A DNA stretch of 64,000 nucleotides from an uncultured Gammaproteobacteria bacterium (GCA_963748215.1 CAVVHS010000006.1:352001-416000); one strand, 5' to 3'. Positions 1 through 8,934 are shown, counted from the stretch's first letter. Made by a program: numbers and translations. Notes: generated from the letters alone by a model not told the origin.

Positions 1-1051
1 CAGGCTTGCACGGGCACCACGCCAGTTGTCGATGTGGTACTTGGTGAACGGCAGCCCGGTCTTCTCGAAGAAACGCGGCCAGCCGATACGCTCGATCCAG
101 TCGTTGATACGCTCCCAGTCCTTGGCGTCTTCCTTGTAGACCTTGAGGATCTTCTTGACGACGGCGGTGGCTTCCGGCCAGCGCGGCGGGTTGTTCGGGA
201 TGCCGGAGGCGACCAGCTTCTGGAAGGTCGGCTTGCCGCGGGCATTGGAGTGGTTGCCGCCCACCCAGATGGCCAGCTTGGAGTGCTCGGCGTCGTTGAT
301 CTGCATCGGCGGGCAGGGCGGGTAAGCAGGCACCGCAGCAGATGCACTTCTTCTCGTCGACTTCCAGCGACGGCTTGCCGTTGACCAGTGCCGGGCGAAT
401 GGCCGCGACCGGGCAGCGTGCCACGACCGACGGACGCTCGCAGACGTTGGACAACCAGGTCGTGGTTGATCTTCGGCGGCTTGGTGTGCTGCACGTTGAT
501 GGCGATGTCGCCCTGGCCGCCGCAGTTGATCTGGCAGCAGGAGGTGGTCATGTGCACGCGGTTCGGCATGTTCGCAGCCTTTGAACTCGTCGATCAGCTC
601 GTCCATCATCGACTTGACCACGCCGGAGGCGTCGGTGCCCGGGATGTCGCAGTGCAGCCAGCCCTGGGTGTGCGACATCATGGCGACGGAGTTGCTGGGT
701 ACCGCCGACGACGAAGCCGGCATCTGTCAGCGCCTTGATCAGCGGCTCGACCTTGGCCTCGTCGGACACCATGTATTCGATGTTGCTGCGAATGGTGAAG
801 CGCACATAACCCTCGCCGTAGGTGTCACCGATTTCGCACAGCTTGCGCAGGGTGAACAGGTCGAGGATACGCTGGGTGCCGGCGCGCACGGTCCAGATCT
901 TGTCGCCATTGTTGGCAACGTGCAGCAGGACGCCGGGCTGCGGATCTTCGTGATAGGCCCACTGCCCGTAGTTCTTGCGCATTACCGGGTGCATGTACTG
1001 GAATCCGTCAGGACATCCGGATTCGATCGGCGAACGCATTTCTTGTGCCAT
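1..1051 (-). CDS. dsrB: Dissimilatory sulfite reductase beta subunit (oxidative/reverse type); 3' end outside window; about four apparent +1 frameshifts
   Basis: N-terminus MAQEMRSPIESGCPDGFQYMHP. Reading across frames gives HTQGWLHCDIPGTDASG, TTSCCQINCGGQGD, KKCICCGAC and WIERIGWPRFFEKTGLPF. Extra bases near 695, 575, 452 and 324. Confidence 0.95.
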
Positions 1052-1090
1052 GTGATTCTCCTGAAAATCTCTTCAAGTTTTTGAACAAAT

Positions 1091-1110
1091 CCCGGCGTTT
1101 GTACGCCGGG
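1091..1110 (-). other. Intercistronic hairpin between dsrA and dsrB
   Basis: cccggcgt-ttgt-acgccggg: perfect 8-bp stem with 4-nt loop. Confidence 0.5.
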
Positions 1111-1138
1111 GTTGTCATATATGAACGGGTTGACCGGC

Positions 1139-2405
1139 TTACGCGGAGGCAGCCTGCTCCTCGGCCTTGCGCTCGAACCACTTCTCGGCTTCTTCGTCCC
1201 AGCCGTCCATGCGGACGTAGGAAGACTGGCGCGGGTTGCTGACCATGTTCGGGTCCACCTCGACGCCGATGCCTTCGAGGAAGTTGACCAGACCGATACG
1301 CTCGATCATTTCACCGCAGCGCTCGTGCTCCAGGCCGTTCTCGGCCCAGAAGTCGATGATCTCCTCGGCCATTTCACTGCAGGCTTTCGTAGTCTTCCTC
1401 GGTTTCCAGCTTCTTGAACGGGACCACCACGGTACCCATCAGGTCGCCGATCTTCAGCGTGCGCTTGCCGCCGATCAGGATGGTGACGCCCTTGTCGTCG
1501 CCCGGGTGCAGCGCCTTCGGCATGACGTTCAGGCAGTGCATGCAGCGCACGCAGTTCGTGGTTGTCGACGGTCGATGGTGTCGTCGTCGTTCAGGGTCAG
1601 GGCCTTGGTCGGGCAGCGGGTGATGACGTTGTCGATCACGTACTGACGGCCTTTCTTGCCGACGTAGTCCTTGACTTCTTCCTGGTCGACCTTCATGTCG
1701 TCGCGCCAGGTGCCGATGACGGCGAAGTCGGCGCGCTCGATGGCGTTCTGGCAGTCATTCGGGCAACCGGAGACCTTGAACTTGAACTTGTAGGGCAGGG
1801 CCGGACGGTGCACGTCGTCGGTGAAGTTGTTCACCAGCCAGCGCTGGATGCCGTGCTCGTTGGCAGCAGGACATTTCGCAGCGCGCCGCACCGACACAGG
1901 ACATGGCGGTACGCACGCACGGGCCGGCACCACCGAGATCCCAGCCGTACTCGTTGATTTCGTCGAAGAAGTGCTGGGTGTTTTCGGTGGTGGTACCGAT
2001 AAACATGATGTTGCCGGTCTGGCCGTGGAAGGTCACCAGGCCGGAACCCCATTTTTCCCAGCTGTCGCCGAGCTGGCGCAGCATGTCGGTGGTGTAGTAG
2101 TTGCCGGCCGGCGGCTGCACGCGCAGGGTGTGGAATTCCTTCGATTCCGGGAAGGCCTTGCCGACTTCGGAGAAGCGCGGGATGATGCCGCCGCCATAGC
2201 CGTAGACACAGACGGTGCCGCCTTTCCAGTAACCCTTGCGGGTTTCGTAGGAGTGCTCGAGCTGACCCAGCAAACCGTTGGTGACGTCGTTGATGCGTTC
2301 GTCCGGGTGCTCGTCACGCAGCCGCTTGATGCCGGTGATGAAGCTCGGCCAGGGGCCGTTCTCGAGTTCGTCCAGCATGGGAGTCGGGTAGGTGTTCTTG
2401 GCCAT
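1139..2405 (-). CDS. dsrA: Dissimilatory sulfite reductase alpha subunit (reverse type); about four apparent +1 frameshifts
   Basis: MAKNTYPTPMLDELENGPWPSF, CVGAARCEMSC, YKFKFKVSGCPNDC, CVRCMHC and ERCGEMIERIG spread over ORFs 1755-2405, 1529-1933 and 1139-1372. Extra bases near 1864, 1571, 1558 and 1378. Confidence 0.96.
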
Positions 2406-2600
2406 GGCAATAATCTCCTGGATTGTTTTCTACACCAATTGGTTTGCTACTGATGACAGCGCGCGCTGTCGCCCTGCCGGGCAACTGGAAATCAGCGAGT
2501 TATACGGAATTACAACAGCGTAACTCTCAGTTGAGCGCATTGTAGAAAGGCTCTGCGGGTATACATATCCTACCCTTGGGGTGGCGCCTATATGGGCCCG

Positions 2601-2616
2601 TATCCCGAACGGGGTA
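2601..2616. promoter_or_regulatory. Candidate palindromic regulator site (7-2-7, NarL-like) upstream of dsrA
   Basis: TATCCCG-AA-CGGGGTA. Putative dsrA -10 TACAAT on the minus strand at 2539-2544. Similar site at 4856-4871. Confidence 0.35.
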
Positions 2617-2764
2617 TTGGCAGAATATTGATTTAATTTCCGGTAGTTATCAGAGTTGCCCGGATTTACTAATGCGTACAGAACTTTTTCTTATATTAAC
2701 GCGCACTTAAGTAACCCTTTCTCAACCGGAGAAACGGGATTGCCGGTGTGATTTCAGCTATTTA

Positions 2765-2783
2765 GATGAGAATCACTCTCATT
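2765..2783. promoter_or_regulatory. Fur-box-like operator
   Basis: GATGAGAATCACTCTCATT, a near-perfect ATGAGAAT-n-ATTCTCAT Fur-type palindrome about 110 bp upstream of the TauD-like gene. Confidence 0.65.
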
Positions 2784-2890
2784 AGCAATTGGCCGCCGGC
2801 AGCGCAGGCAAGTCCCGGCCCCATGTATTAAACATTTAAGTGTGACCGTAAGATACAGGCTCCTGAAAAACCGGCCCGTCGCACAACTCC

Positions 2891-3835
2891 ATGATACACA
2901 GTCCAGACAGCTTTCGACCCTTTGACCTTGCCGGCGATGCCGACTACCGGGTCTGGCGCGCGTGGAAGCTGGATGGCTACCCCGTGGCCGCCGCCGACCT
3001 GATTGTGGACGTCGGCGATCCGGCGCACCTGTCAGCGGCCGAGCATGCGGCGATCCTGGCGCGCTGCCGCAAGGCCAATATGGCGATTTATGCCGTCCGG
3101 GGTGGTGGTAGCGCGGACAAGGAGGCGGTGCGCGCACTGGGCAGGCAGTTCGGGCTGGAACGTCTGGACATGAACCTGCGCGCCGACGAGGACAGCATCA
3201 CCGCGTTGCGGGTGGTACCGGAATCGGCGGGGACCCGTTACATCCCCTACACCAACCGGCCGCTGAACTGGCATACCGACGGTTACTACAACACGCTCGA
3301 CGAACAGGTGCGGGCCATCCTGATGCACTGCGTGTCCGCCGCGGCCAGCGGCGGCGAGAGTGTGCTGTTCGATCACGAACTCGCCTACCTGTTGCTGCGT
3401 GACGAGAATCCGGATTACATTCGCGCGCTCATGCAGCCGGACGCCATGACCATCCCGGCCAACATAGAGGACGGCCGGCAGATCCGCGGCGCGCAATCCG
3501 GTCCGGTCTTTACGGTTGAAAAGGGTAGCAACGCCCTCCATATGCGTTATACGGCACGCACCCGCAGTATCGAGTGGAAGGACGACCGGGACGTGCGCAA
3601 TGCCATCGAATTCCTGCGTGAATTGCTGGACAGCGACCTGCCCTGGATCTTCCGGCACCGGCTGCAGGCCGGACAGGGCATTATCTGCAATAATGTACTG
3701 CACAGGCGCGATGCCTTTGACGACGCGGCGGGTGACGGACAGGCCCGGCTGCTGTACCGGGCGCGTTATCACGACCGGATCCGCGCGACCGTCGCCGACA
3801 ATGATTTTTATGGAGACAGGCAATGCTGTGGTTGA
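2891..3835 (+). CDS. TauD/TfdA-family Fe(II)/2-oxoglutarate dioxygenase
   Basis: HxD motif (NWHTDGYY), distal H and R (NNVLHRRDAF), C-terminal RLLYRARY. Confidence 0.8.
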   Translation: MIHSPDSFRPFDLAGDADYRVWRAWKLDGYPVAAADLIVDVGDPAHLSAAEHAAILARCRKANMAIYAVRGGGSADKEAVRALGRQFGLERLDMNLRADEDSITALRVVPESAGTRYIPYTNRPLNWHTDGYYNTLDEQVRAILMHCVSAAASGGESVLFDHELAYLLLRDENPDYIRALMQPDAMTIPANIEDGRQIRGAQSGPVFTVEKGSNALHMRYTARTRSIEWKDDRDVRNAIEFLRELLDSDLPWIFRHRLQAGQGIICNNVLHRRDAFDDAAGDGQARLLYRARYHDRIRATVADNDFYGDRQCCG

Positions 3836-4014
3836 GCGAAGTGCTGATACAGCAGCATGACATCGAGTCCTTCGAGGCCCTGAAGCAGGCCATCAGCGCG
3901 CGTGCGCGCGGCGGCGAGATCCATTTCCGCATGGATGTGCGTCCGCCGTTTCCCGATACACCCGAAGACTGGGAAGACCGGCTGGAAGCGGCCTTCTACT
4001 CGACAGGCAATTAA
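3823..4014 (+). CDS. Small acidic conserved protein (63 aa) of dsr-associated regions
   Basis: Overlaps the upstream stop, has a GGAG RBS, motif MDVRPPFPDTPEDWEDRLEAAF; resembles small proteins recalled from sulfur oxidisers. Confidence 0.7.
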   Translation: MLWLSEVLIQQHDIESFEALKQAISARARGGEIHFRMDVRPPFPDTPEDWEDRLEAAFYSTGN

Positions 4015-4026
4015 CCCCGGCGGTCA

Positions 4027-4725
4027 ATGACAAGCATGTTCTGGAACGACGAAAAGCAGAAAGCACCGGACTTCGTGATCCCGGATGACGTCGTCGACCT
4101 GGCGTTCAGGATCGGCTGCCCGACACTGCCGCTGGATCACGCCCATGCCCTGTCGCGAGCCCTGCTCGAGGTCCTGCCCTGGCTGGATGACGAGCCGCAT
4201 GCCGGCGTCCACCTGATTCACGGTGCCGCCTCCGGTAACGGCTGGTATCGCCCCGAGGATGCCGCCAGCGAGCTGCTGCACCTGTCGCGGCGTACCCGCA
4301 TGCGCCTGCGTGTGCCCAGGCATCGCCTGGAGGATGCGCGCAAGCTGACCGGCCGGCGGCTCGATATCGGCGGCCATCCGCTCGAAGTCGGCGACTCGGA
4401 GGTTTTCCTGCTGAGCAGCCTGTCGACGCTGTTCTCGCGCTACGTCATGACCGGGGCCGACACCGATGAACAGGCCTTCCTGGAGGAGGCCACGCGTGGG
4501 CTGCAGGCCATCGATATCGATTGCCGCAAAATGCTGGGGGGCATCAGCCATGCTCTGCAGTTCCCGGACGGACCGGTACACACCCGCAGCCTGATGGTGG
4601 CGGATCTCGAGCCGGAGCAGTCGGTGCGACTGCAGCAGCTCGGACTGGGCGAGGGGCGCAGCATCGGCTGCGGCCTGTTCCTGCCGCACAAGGGCATCAA
4701 GCCGGTCAACGACGCAAAGGAATAG
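4027..4725 (+). CDS. cas6: Orphan Cas6-family (Cmx6/type I-MYXAN-like) RAMP endoribonuclease
   Basis: N-terminal VDLAFRI..TLPLDHAHAL, internal VHLIHG and RLRVP, C-terminal G-rich loop LQQLGLGEGRSIGCGLFLP (GhGxxxxxGhG). Confidence 0.85.
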   Translation: MTSMFWNDEKQKAPDFVIPDDVVDLAFRIGCPTLPLDHAHALSRALLEVLPWLDDEPHAGVHLIHGAASGNGWYRPEDAASELLHLSRRTRMRLRVPRHRLEDARKLTGRRLDIGGHPLEVGDSEVFLLSSLSTLFSRYVMTGADTDEQAFLEEATRGLQAIDIDCRKMLGGISHALQFPDGPVHTRSLMVADLEPEQSVRLQQLGLGEGRSIGCGLFLPHKGIKPVNDAKE

Positions 4726-4952
4726 CCTTGTCGGTCAGGCGCTGTCCCGGGCGAGGCCTGCCATTCCGGTGTTGCGCGATAAATACCTGCCCGCGCGGCT
4801 GAGACCCGCCAGGACAGCCGGCAAACCGTCGTATAAGGAAACGCACTTCGGCCGGCTTCCCATATGGGATATGTTCGGTGCTCGGGCAACTGGCTATAGT
4901 TGCGCTTATTCAATAATTTACAACGACTTGACTCGCATCCGGAGAGAAGATC

Positions 4953-5156
4953 ATGAGCAATAAACAGGAACTGATCGCCAAACTGCTGGAAATGCAGAAG
5001 AAATTCATCGATTACGAGCATGCCAATGGCGTGGAGATGAAGGACTACTTCGCCGCCGATGAAGGCCATCCACTGAAGGGCTTCCGCCAGGAATACACGG
5101 ACCTGGCTAACCAGCTGGTCGACATCGCGCACACCGAAAAGGGTTCGCATCGCTAG
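4953..5156 (+). CDS. Small hypothetical protein (67 aa)
   Basis: Clean ORF with GGAGAG RBS, followed by a terminator. Confidence 0.75.
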   Translation: MSNKQELIAKLLEMQKKFIDYEHANGVEMKDYFAADEGHPLKGFRQEYTDLANQLVDIAHTEKGSHR

Positions 5157-5173
5157 TCAGGCGTAATAGCAAT

Positions 5174-5209
5174 AAAAAGCCGCATTCCGAAAGGGTGCGG
5201 CTTTTTTTT
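5174..5209. terminator. Rho-independent terminator, probably bidirectional
   Basis: aaaaa-gccgcattcc-gaaa-gggtgcggc-tttttttt. Confidence 0.85.
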
Positions 5210-5234
5210 GGCGTGACCTCTAAGGCCAGTAGCG

Positions 5235-5410
5235 GCCACAGAGGGCACAGAGTACACAGAGAAAAATCAAATCAGAAAATGCCTGGCCGACACTCGGCAC
5301 CTTTGTCTGCAGGCGGCCGGGTTACCACCGGAATCCCGTGCCTTGCACCGCTGGTGACAGCTTACGCGGAAGATATGAAATAATTCTGTGAGCTCCGTGT
5401 TCTCTGTAGC
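5235..5410. repeat. MITE/REP-like element with 27-bp imperfect terminal inverted repeats built from (nnCACAGAG)x3
   Basis: gccacagagggcacagagtacacagag at 5235-5261 versus the reverse complement of 5384-5410 (gctacagagaacacggagctcacagaa): 20/27 identical. Confidence 0.6.
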
Positions 5411-5445
5411 GACTGTTTATTGAATGACGGCTTGCCCGTCCGGAG

Positions 5446-5790
5446 TCAGTACCCGCCCTTGCGCAGGATGAATGGCAGACCGGCGATCCGGTTACCCTGC
5501 TTGCTGGGGGCGAAGGGGAACAGTTCAAAGAGTTCCTTGCTGCTGACTTTCTTGTCCCAGATCTTGGCCATGCTCTTGTTGATCACCCGCTCCATGGGCT
5601 GTGAGCCGTTGTTATCGAAGTATTCCGAGCGCAGGTAATTCAGTACATCGAAATGCGCCTCGGTCAGCTCGATACCTTCCTTGGCGGCCAGTGCTTTCGC
5701 AACATCCTCATCCCAGGCGGTCGGGTCGGTGAGATTGCCGTTCTCATCCAGTTCGATGCTCTTGCCGTTTACGTCCAGTGCCATTTTCAT
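5446..5790 (-). CDS. DsrC/TusE-family protein lacking all cysteines (RspA-like)
   Basis: DENGNL.DP..WDEDVA..LA..EGIELTEAH, LFELFP..PSKQG.RIAGLP; ends RKGGY instead of the Cys-containing tail. Confidence 0.85.
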   Translation of the reverse strand: MKMALDVNGKSIELDENGNLTDPTAWDEDVAKALAAKEGIELTEAHFDVLNYLRSEYFDNNGSQPMERVINKSMAKIWDKKVSSKELFELFPFAPSKQGNRIAGLPFILRKGGY

Positions 5791-5998
5791 GCTCCTGATT
5801 CAACTTGAGAAAAGAATTTTGAGGCGGAATTGTATTGCAATACAGCCGTCATCGGAAGAGGTGCGAACACGACCCGGTATGCATTTTACAGGCATTCCAC
5901 AGGGTATTTTCCCGTGCCACAACGCCTGGACGATGTCTTCAGGGAAGCCGGATGTGCGGATAAAATACCCGTTCCGAAAATTGATCGATGGCTGACAC

Positions 5999-6508
5999 AT
6001 GCGTATTCGGGAATTCACCCTGCCAGACCCGGCGGCACTCAACGAGCGTCTGTATGCCCGGTTTCTGGAATTATCCGGCACCGACCGGATCAGGCAGACC
6101 CATCATTTTGCCGGCCGTTTCGAGAACACCTACATCGCCGCGGCTGACATACCGGAGATTGCCGCGGTTCTGGATGTGTTCCGGCAGCAGGCCGCGCAGT
6201 GGCTGGACGTTGCCGCGGATACGCTGAAGGCCGGGTTCTGGTTTAACGCCATGGGACCGGGGCACGTGACTTCACCGCATCACCACGACGAGAACGACGA
6301 GCTCCTTTCGGCGGTGTACTACATCCGCGTACCCGCAAACTCCGGCGAGTTGATCCTGTACGACGACGATACGCCGGTCACCGTGCGGCCGGAAGAAGGC
6401 AAGCTGGTGATGTTCGGTCCTGATGTGATGCACGAGGTGACGGTCAACAACAGCCCGGAGCTGCGCCTGTCTGTCGGCATGAACATCGGGCCGGCTGATG
6501 CGGAATAG
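5999..6508 (+). CDS. 2OG-Fe(II) oxygenase-like protein
   Basis: WFNAMGPG, HxH, LSAVYYIRVP, PEEGKLVMF..MHEV..N..RLSV.MNI. Confidence 0.75.
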   Translation: MRIREFTLPDPAALNERLYARFLELSGTDRIRQTHHFAGRFENTYIAAADIPEIAAVLDVFRQQAAQWLDVAADTLKAGFWFNAMGPGHVTSPHHHDENDELLSAVYYIRVPANSGELILYDDDTPVTVRPEEGKLVMFGPDVMHEVTVNNSPELRLSVGMNIGPADAE

Positions 6509-6595
6509 CCGGTTGGTCAAAATCTCTCACGGCGATTTCGTCACTAACGCCCAACCCAGGCAACGGGAAAATATTTCACCTGTTTGGTATGGGCG

Positions 6596-7315
6596 CTATT
6601 TCTTTCCTCCCTCCAGTCGCCCCCCCTGCTGAAGCCATTGGGCCACCAGCCAGCAGGCGGCGGCCCAGGCCGCTCCGGCCGCCCAGCCGGCCAATACATC
6701 GCTTGGCCAGTGAACCCCGAGATAGACGCGACTGACACCGACCAGCAACGTAGCCAGCACAGAGCAGCCGATCAGGTAGATCCGTACCCTGCGCGCGGCG
6801 TGTGCCACCGCCAGCAAGGCGCCGCCGGTGAGATAAACCACCGCCGACAGCATCGAATGGCCGCTGGGAAAACTGGATGTATAGATCATCGAACCGTGAG
6901 CCACCAGGTCCGGGCGTGGCCGGTCAAAACCGTTCTTGAGTGCCAGGCTCAGCAGCAGGCCACCCAGTATCGCCGACAGTACGAACAACGCGACCCGCGG
7001 CAGACCCTGTAGCCAGAGGTAGCCTATCGAAACCAGGGTGAGCAGGCCGAGCACCCCGATACCCCCCAGGGCCGTGAAGTCACGGAACATTTCCTCCACC
7101 CAGGCAGGGCCCAGCGGGTCGCCGGGGTCCCCTGGTACGCGCGTCGCCAGCAGCAGCCATCGGTCGAGCCGCGCGGTGTCGCCTTCCAGCATCTCATCGG
7201 CGATGCCGATAAAGGCGAATAATCCAAAGCCGAAAATCAATAGTGCCAGCGAGGCAAAATGATGCCGGGCGAATAGTCTGGGAGAGACAGAAGCCGTTTT
7301 TTGCTTAGCACTCAC
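6596..7315 (-). CDS. PAP2-family membrane phosphatase
   Basis: K..FDRPRP, SFPSGH and SRVYLGVHWPSDV motifs. Confidence 0.92.
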   Translation of the reverse strand: MSAKQKTASVSPRLFARHHFASLALLIFGFGLFAFIGIADEMLEGDTARLDRWLLLATRVPGDPGDPLGPAWVEEMFRDFTALGGIGVLGLLTLVSIGYLWLQGLPRVALFVLSAILGGLLLSLALKNGFDRPRPDLVAHGSMIYTSSFPSGHSMLSAVVYLTGGALLAVAHAARRVRIYLIGCSVLATLLVGVSRVYLGVHWPSDVLAGWAAGAAWAAACWLVAQWLQQGGRLEGGKK

Positions 7316-7374
7316 CTGGCATTACCCCTGAAATAAAAGGGCCAGAAACATTTTCTGAATTGGCATCAGTAAAA

Positions 7375-7437
7375 TTCTGTGTGCTCTGTGCACTCTGAGG
7401 CAGGTTATTTGTATTTTCCCTGCGCCTCCGCGCGAGA
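7375..7437. repeat. Second copy of the (CACAGAG)n-type intergenic repeat plus a related CGCAG-type unit
   Basis: ttctgtgtgctctgtgcactctgaggc (reverse complement gcctcagagtgcacagagcacacagaa) resembles 5235-5261. Confidence 0.5.
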
Positions 7438-7446
7438 CAGGGTTTC

Positions 7447-8118
7447 TCAGACATCCGACCACATGCGCACCAGGTTGATGTAGGACTGGTTGACCTGCAC
7501 GGTTTCCGCTGCGTCCGGTCTATCATGCAACAATACCTCGCGTGCCTGGTTCAGGTCGTGCAGCAGCGCGCGGCGGTCGGGTTCGCGCACCAGGCTCTGT
7601 ATCCAGCTCACGGCGACCAGGCGTTCGCCGCGGGTGACTTCGGCGACGCGGTGGATGCTGGAGGAGGGGTAGATCACGGCGTCGCCGGCCGACAGCTTGA
7701 CCTGCTGGTCGCCGAACGGGGTCTGGATGCATAGCTCGCCGCCATCGTAGTCCTGCGGTTCATTCAGGAAGATCGTTACCGACACATCGGACCGGTACAG
7801 GTCACCCTGGCCCATGATCGGGTCGTCGACATGATTACCGTAGGCCATGCCGGGCAGGTAGCGGGCGTAGTAGGGCGTGGCGGTCTTGCGTGGCATGGCT
7901 GCGCTGCGGAATACCGCATGCCGGACCAGGCTGCCCATCACCAGGTTGTTGAGTTCGCTCATGCGTGCCGGGTCCAGCGCCAGTTCCTCGTTCAGCTTGA
8001 CGCGCCGTGCCGCCGTACCGGCAGAGCCGCGGCCGTCACCGAAGCGTCCGCCGGCGATCAGCCGTTCGACGGTATTGAGTTGCGAGCGGTCGAGCACGCC
8101 CTCTATACGGGTGAGCAT
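7447..8118 (-). CDS. PKHD-type Fe(II)-dependent hydroxylase (PiuC/YbiX family)
   Basis: YGNHVDD, RSDVSVTIFLNEPQDYDGGEL, YPSSSIHRV, WIQSLVR, NLVRMW. Confidence 0.9.
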   Translation of the reverse strand: MLTRIEGVLDRSQLNTVERLIAGGRFGDGRGSAGTAARRVKLNEELALDPARMSELNNLVMGSLVRHAVFRSAAMPRKTATPYYARYLPGMAYGNHVDDPIMGQGDLYRSDVSVTIFLNEPQDYDGGELCIQTPFGDQQVKLSAGDAVIYPSSSIHRVAEVTRGERLVAVSWIQSLVREPDRRALLHDLNQAREVLLHDRPDAAETVQVNQSYINLVRMWSDV

Positions 8119-8199
8119 GAATCAGTCCTGCAGCCGGTGGCGGGTATGCGGTAACATAAACACGATACAGTCAGTGTAACCAAAATCAGGGCGCTAATC

Positions 8200-8523
8200 A
8201 TGATTCTGAACGTGGTGGTGGAGGAACAGGTCTATCCGGTCAAGGTGCCGGATATGCTGATCAACGAGGCAGGTGACTTCTTCGACAAGATGGATGCCGA
8301 CATGGATAAGGGCTGGCAGATGAGTCGCGACTGGGTGGATAACCCGACCCTGGAACAACGCTGCCAGATCGTCGGTGACAAGATGCTCACCGCCATGCAC
8401 CAGGACAACAAGAAGATGCTGCTGCTGCTGTCCGCCTACATCCTCGCGCGGGCGCCGGGCGTGACCGGCATCCGTATCGATAGCAATGGCGAGATGCTGG
8501 AAACCGAGCTGGTGACGGACTGA
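8200..8523 (+). CDS. Conserved hypothetical protein
   Basis: Well-formed 107-aa ORF (FFDKMDADMDKGWQMSRDWV). Confidence 0.7.
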   Translation: MILNVVVEEQVYPVKVPDMLINEAGDFFDKMDADMDKGWQMSRDWVDNPTLEQRCQIVGDKMLTAMHQDNKKMLLLLSAYILARAPGVTGIRIDSNGEMLETELVTD

Positions 8524-8550
8524 GTGCACTGACTGCCGCGTAGACTGCCC

Positions 8551-8934
8551 ATGGCCGACCTGTTTTCCGTTACCGCGCCCTTACTGATCCGTTATCCCGA
8601 TGGCCACCGGCACATCATGCTGGAACGCTTCGCGTATGGCCCGGGCCATGCCCGTAATAATGGCTCGGCTTCTCCGGCGGGACTGGTCTATTTCCGACCG
8701 TTCTGGGACCGGCTGGGTGAGGAGGGCATTTGCCTGGTGCAGGGCGAACTGCGCGGTGACGGGCCATGGAAGGTCGGTGCCGCGGTGATCACGGTGCTGG
8801 GCTGCCACGGCAGCGATCCCGTCGAGGCTGCCGAGTACGCCGACTGGCTGCTGCATCGCGAGCAGCTCGCCGACAACTACCCGGATCGTGAAACGCTACG
8901 GGACATGGCACGCAGTGCCGGTTACCTGCCCTGA
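8551..8934 (+). CDS. Hypothetical protein
   Basis: 127-aa ORF (LFSVTAPLLIRYPDG...GDGPWKVG) directly after the previous gene. Confidence 0.6.
   Translation: MADLFSVTAPLLIRYPDGHRHIMLERFAYGPGHARNNGSASPAGLVYFRPFWDRLGEEGICLVQGELRGDGPWKVGAAVITVLGCHGSDPVEAAEYADWLLHREQLADNYPDRETLRDMARSAGYLP

Noticed and set aside
1-2405. Programmed frameshifting or true pseudogenisation of dsrAB
   Set aside because: No slippery sequences at the breaks, all are +1 insertions at variable codons and catalytic motifs are intact; an artefact is more parsimonious.
4726-5445. Mini CRISPR array downstream of cas6
   Set aside because: No 25-40 bp direct repeats with spacer-length gaps; only a terminator and an inverted nonamer repeat.
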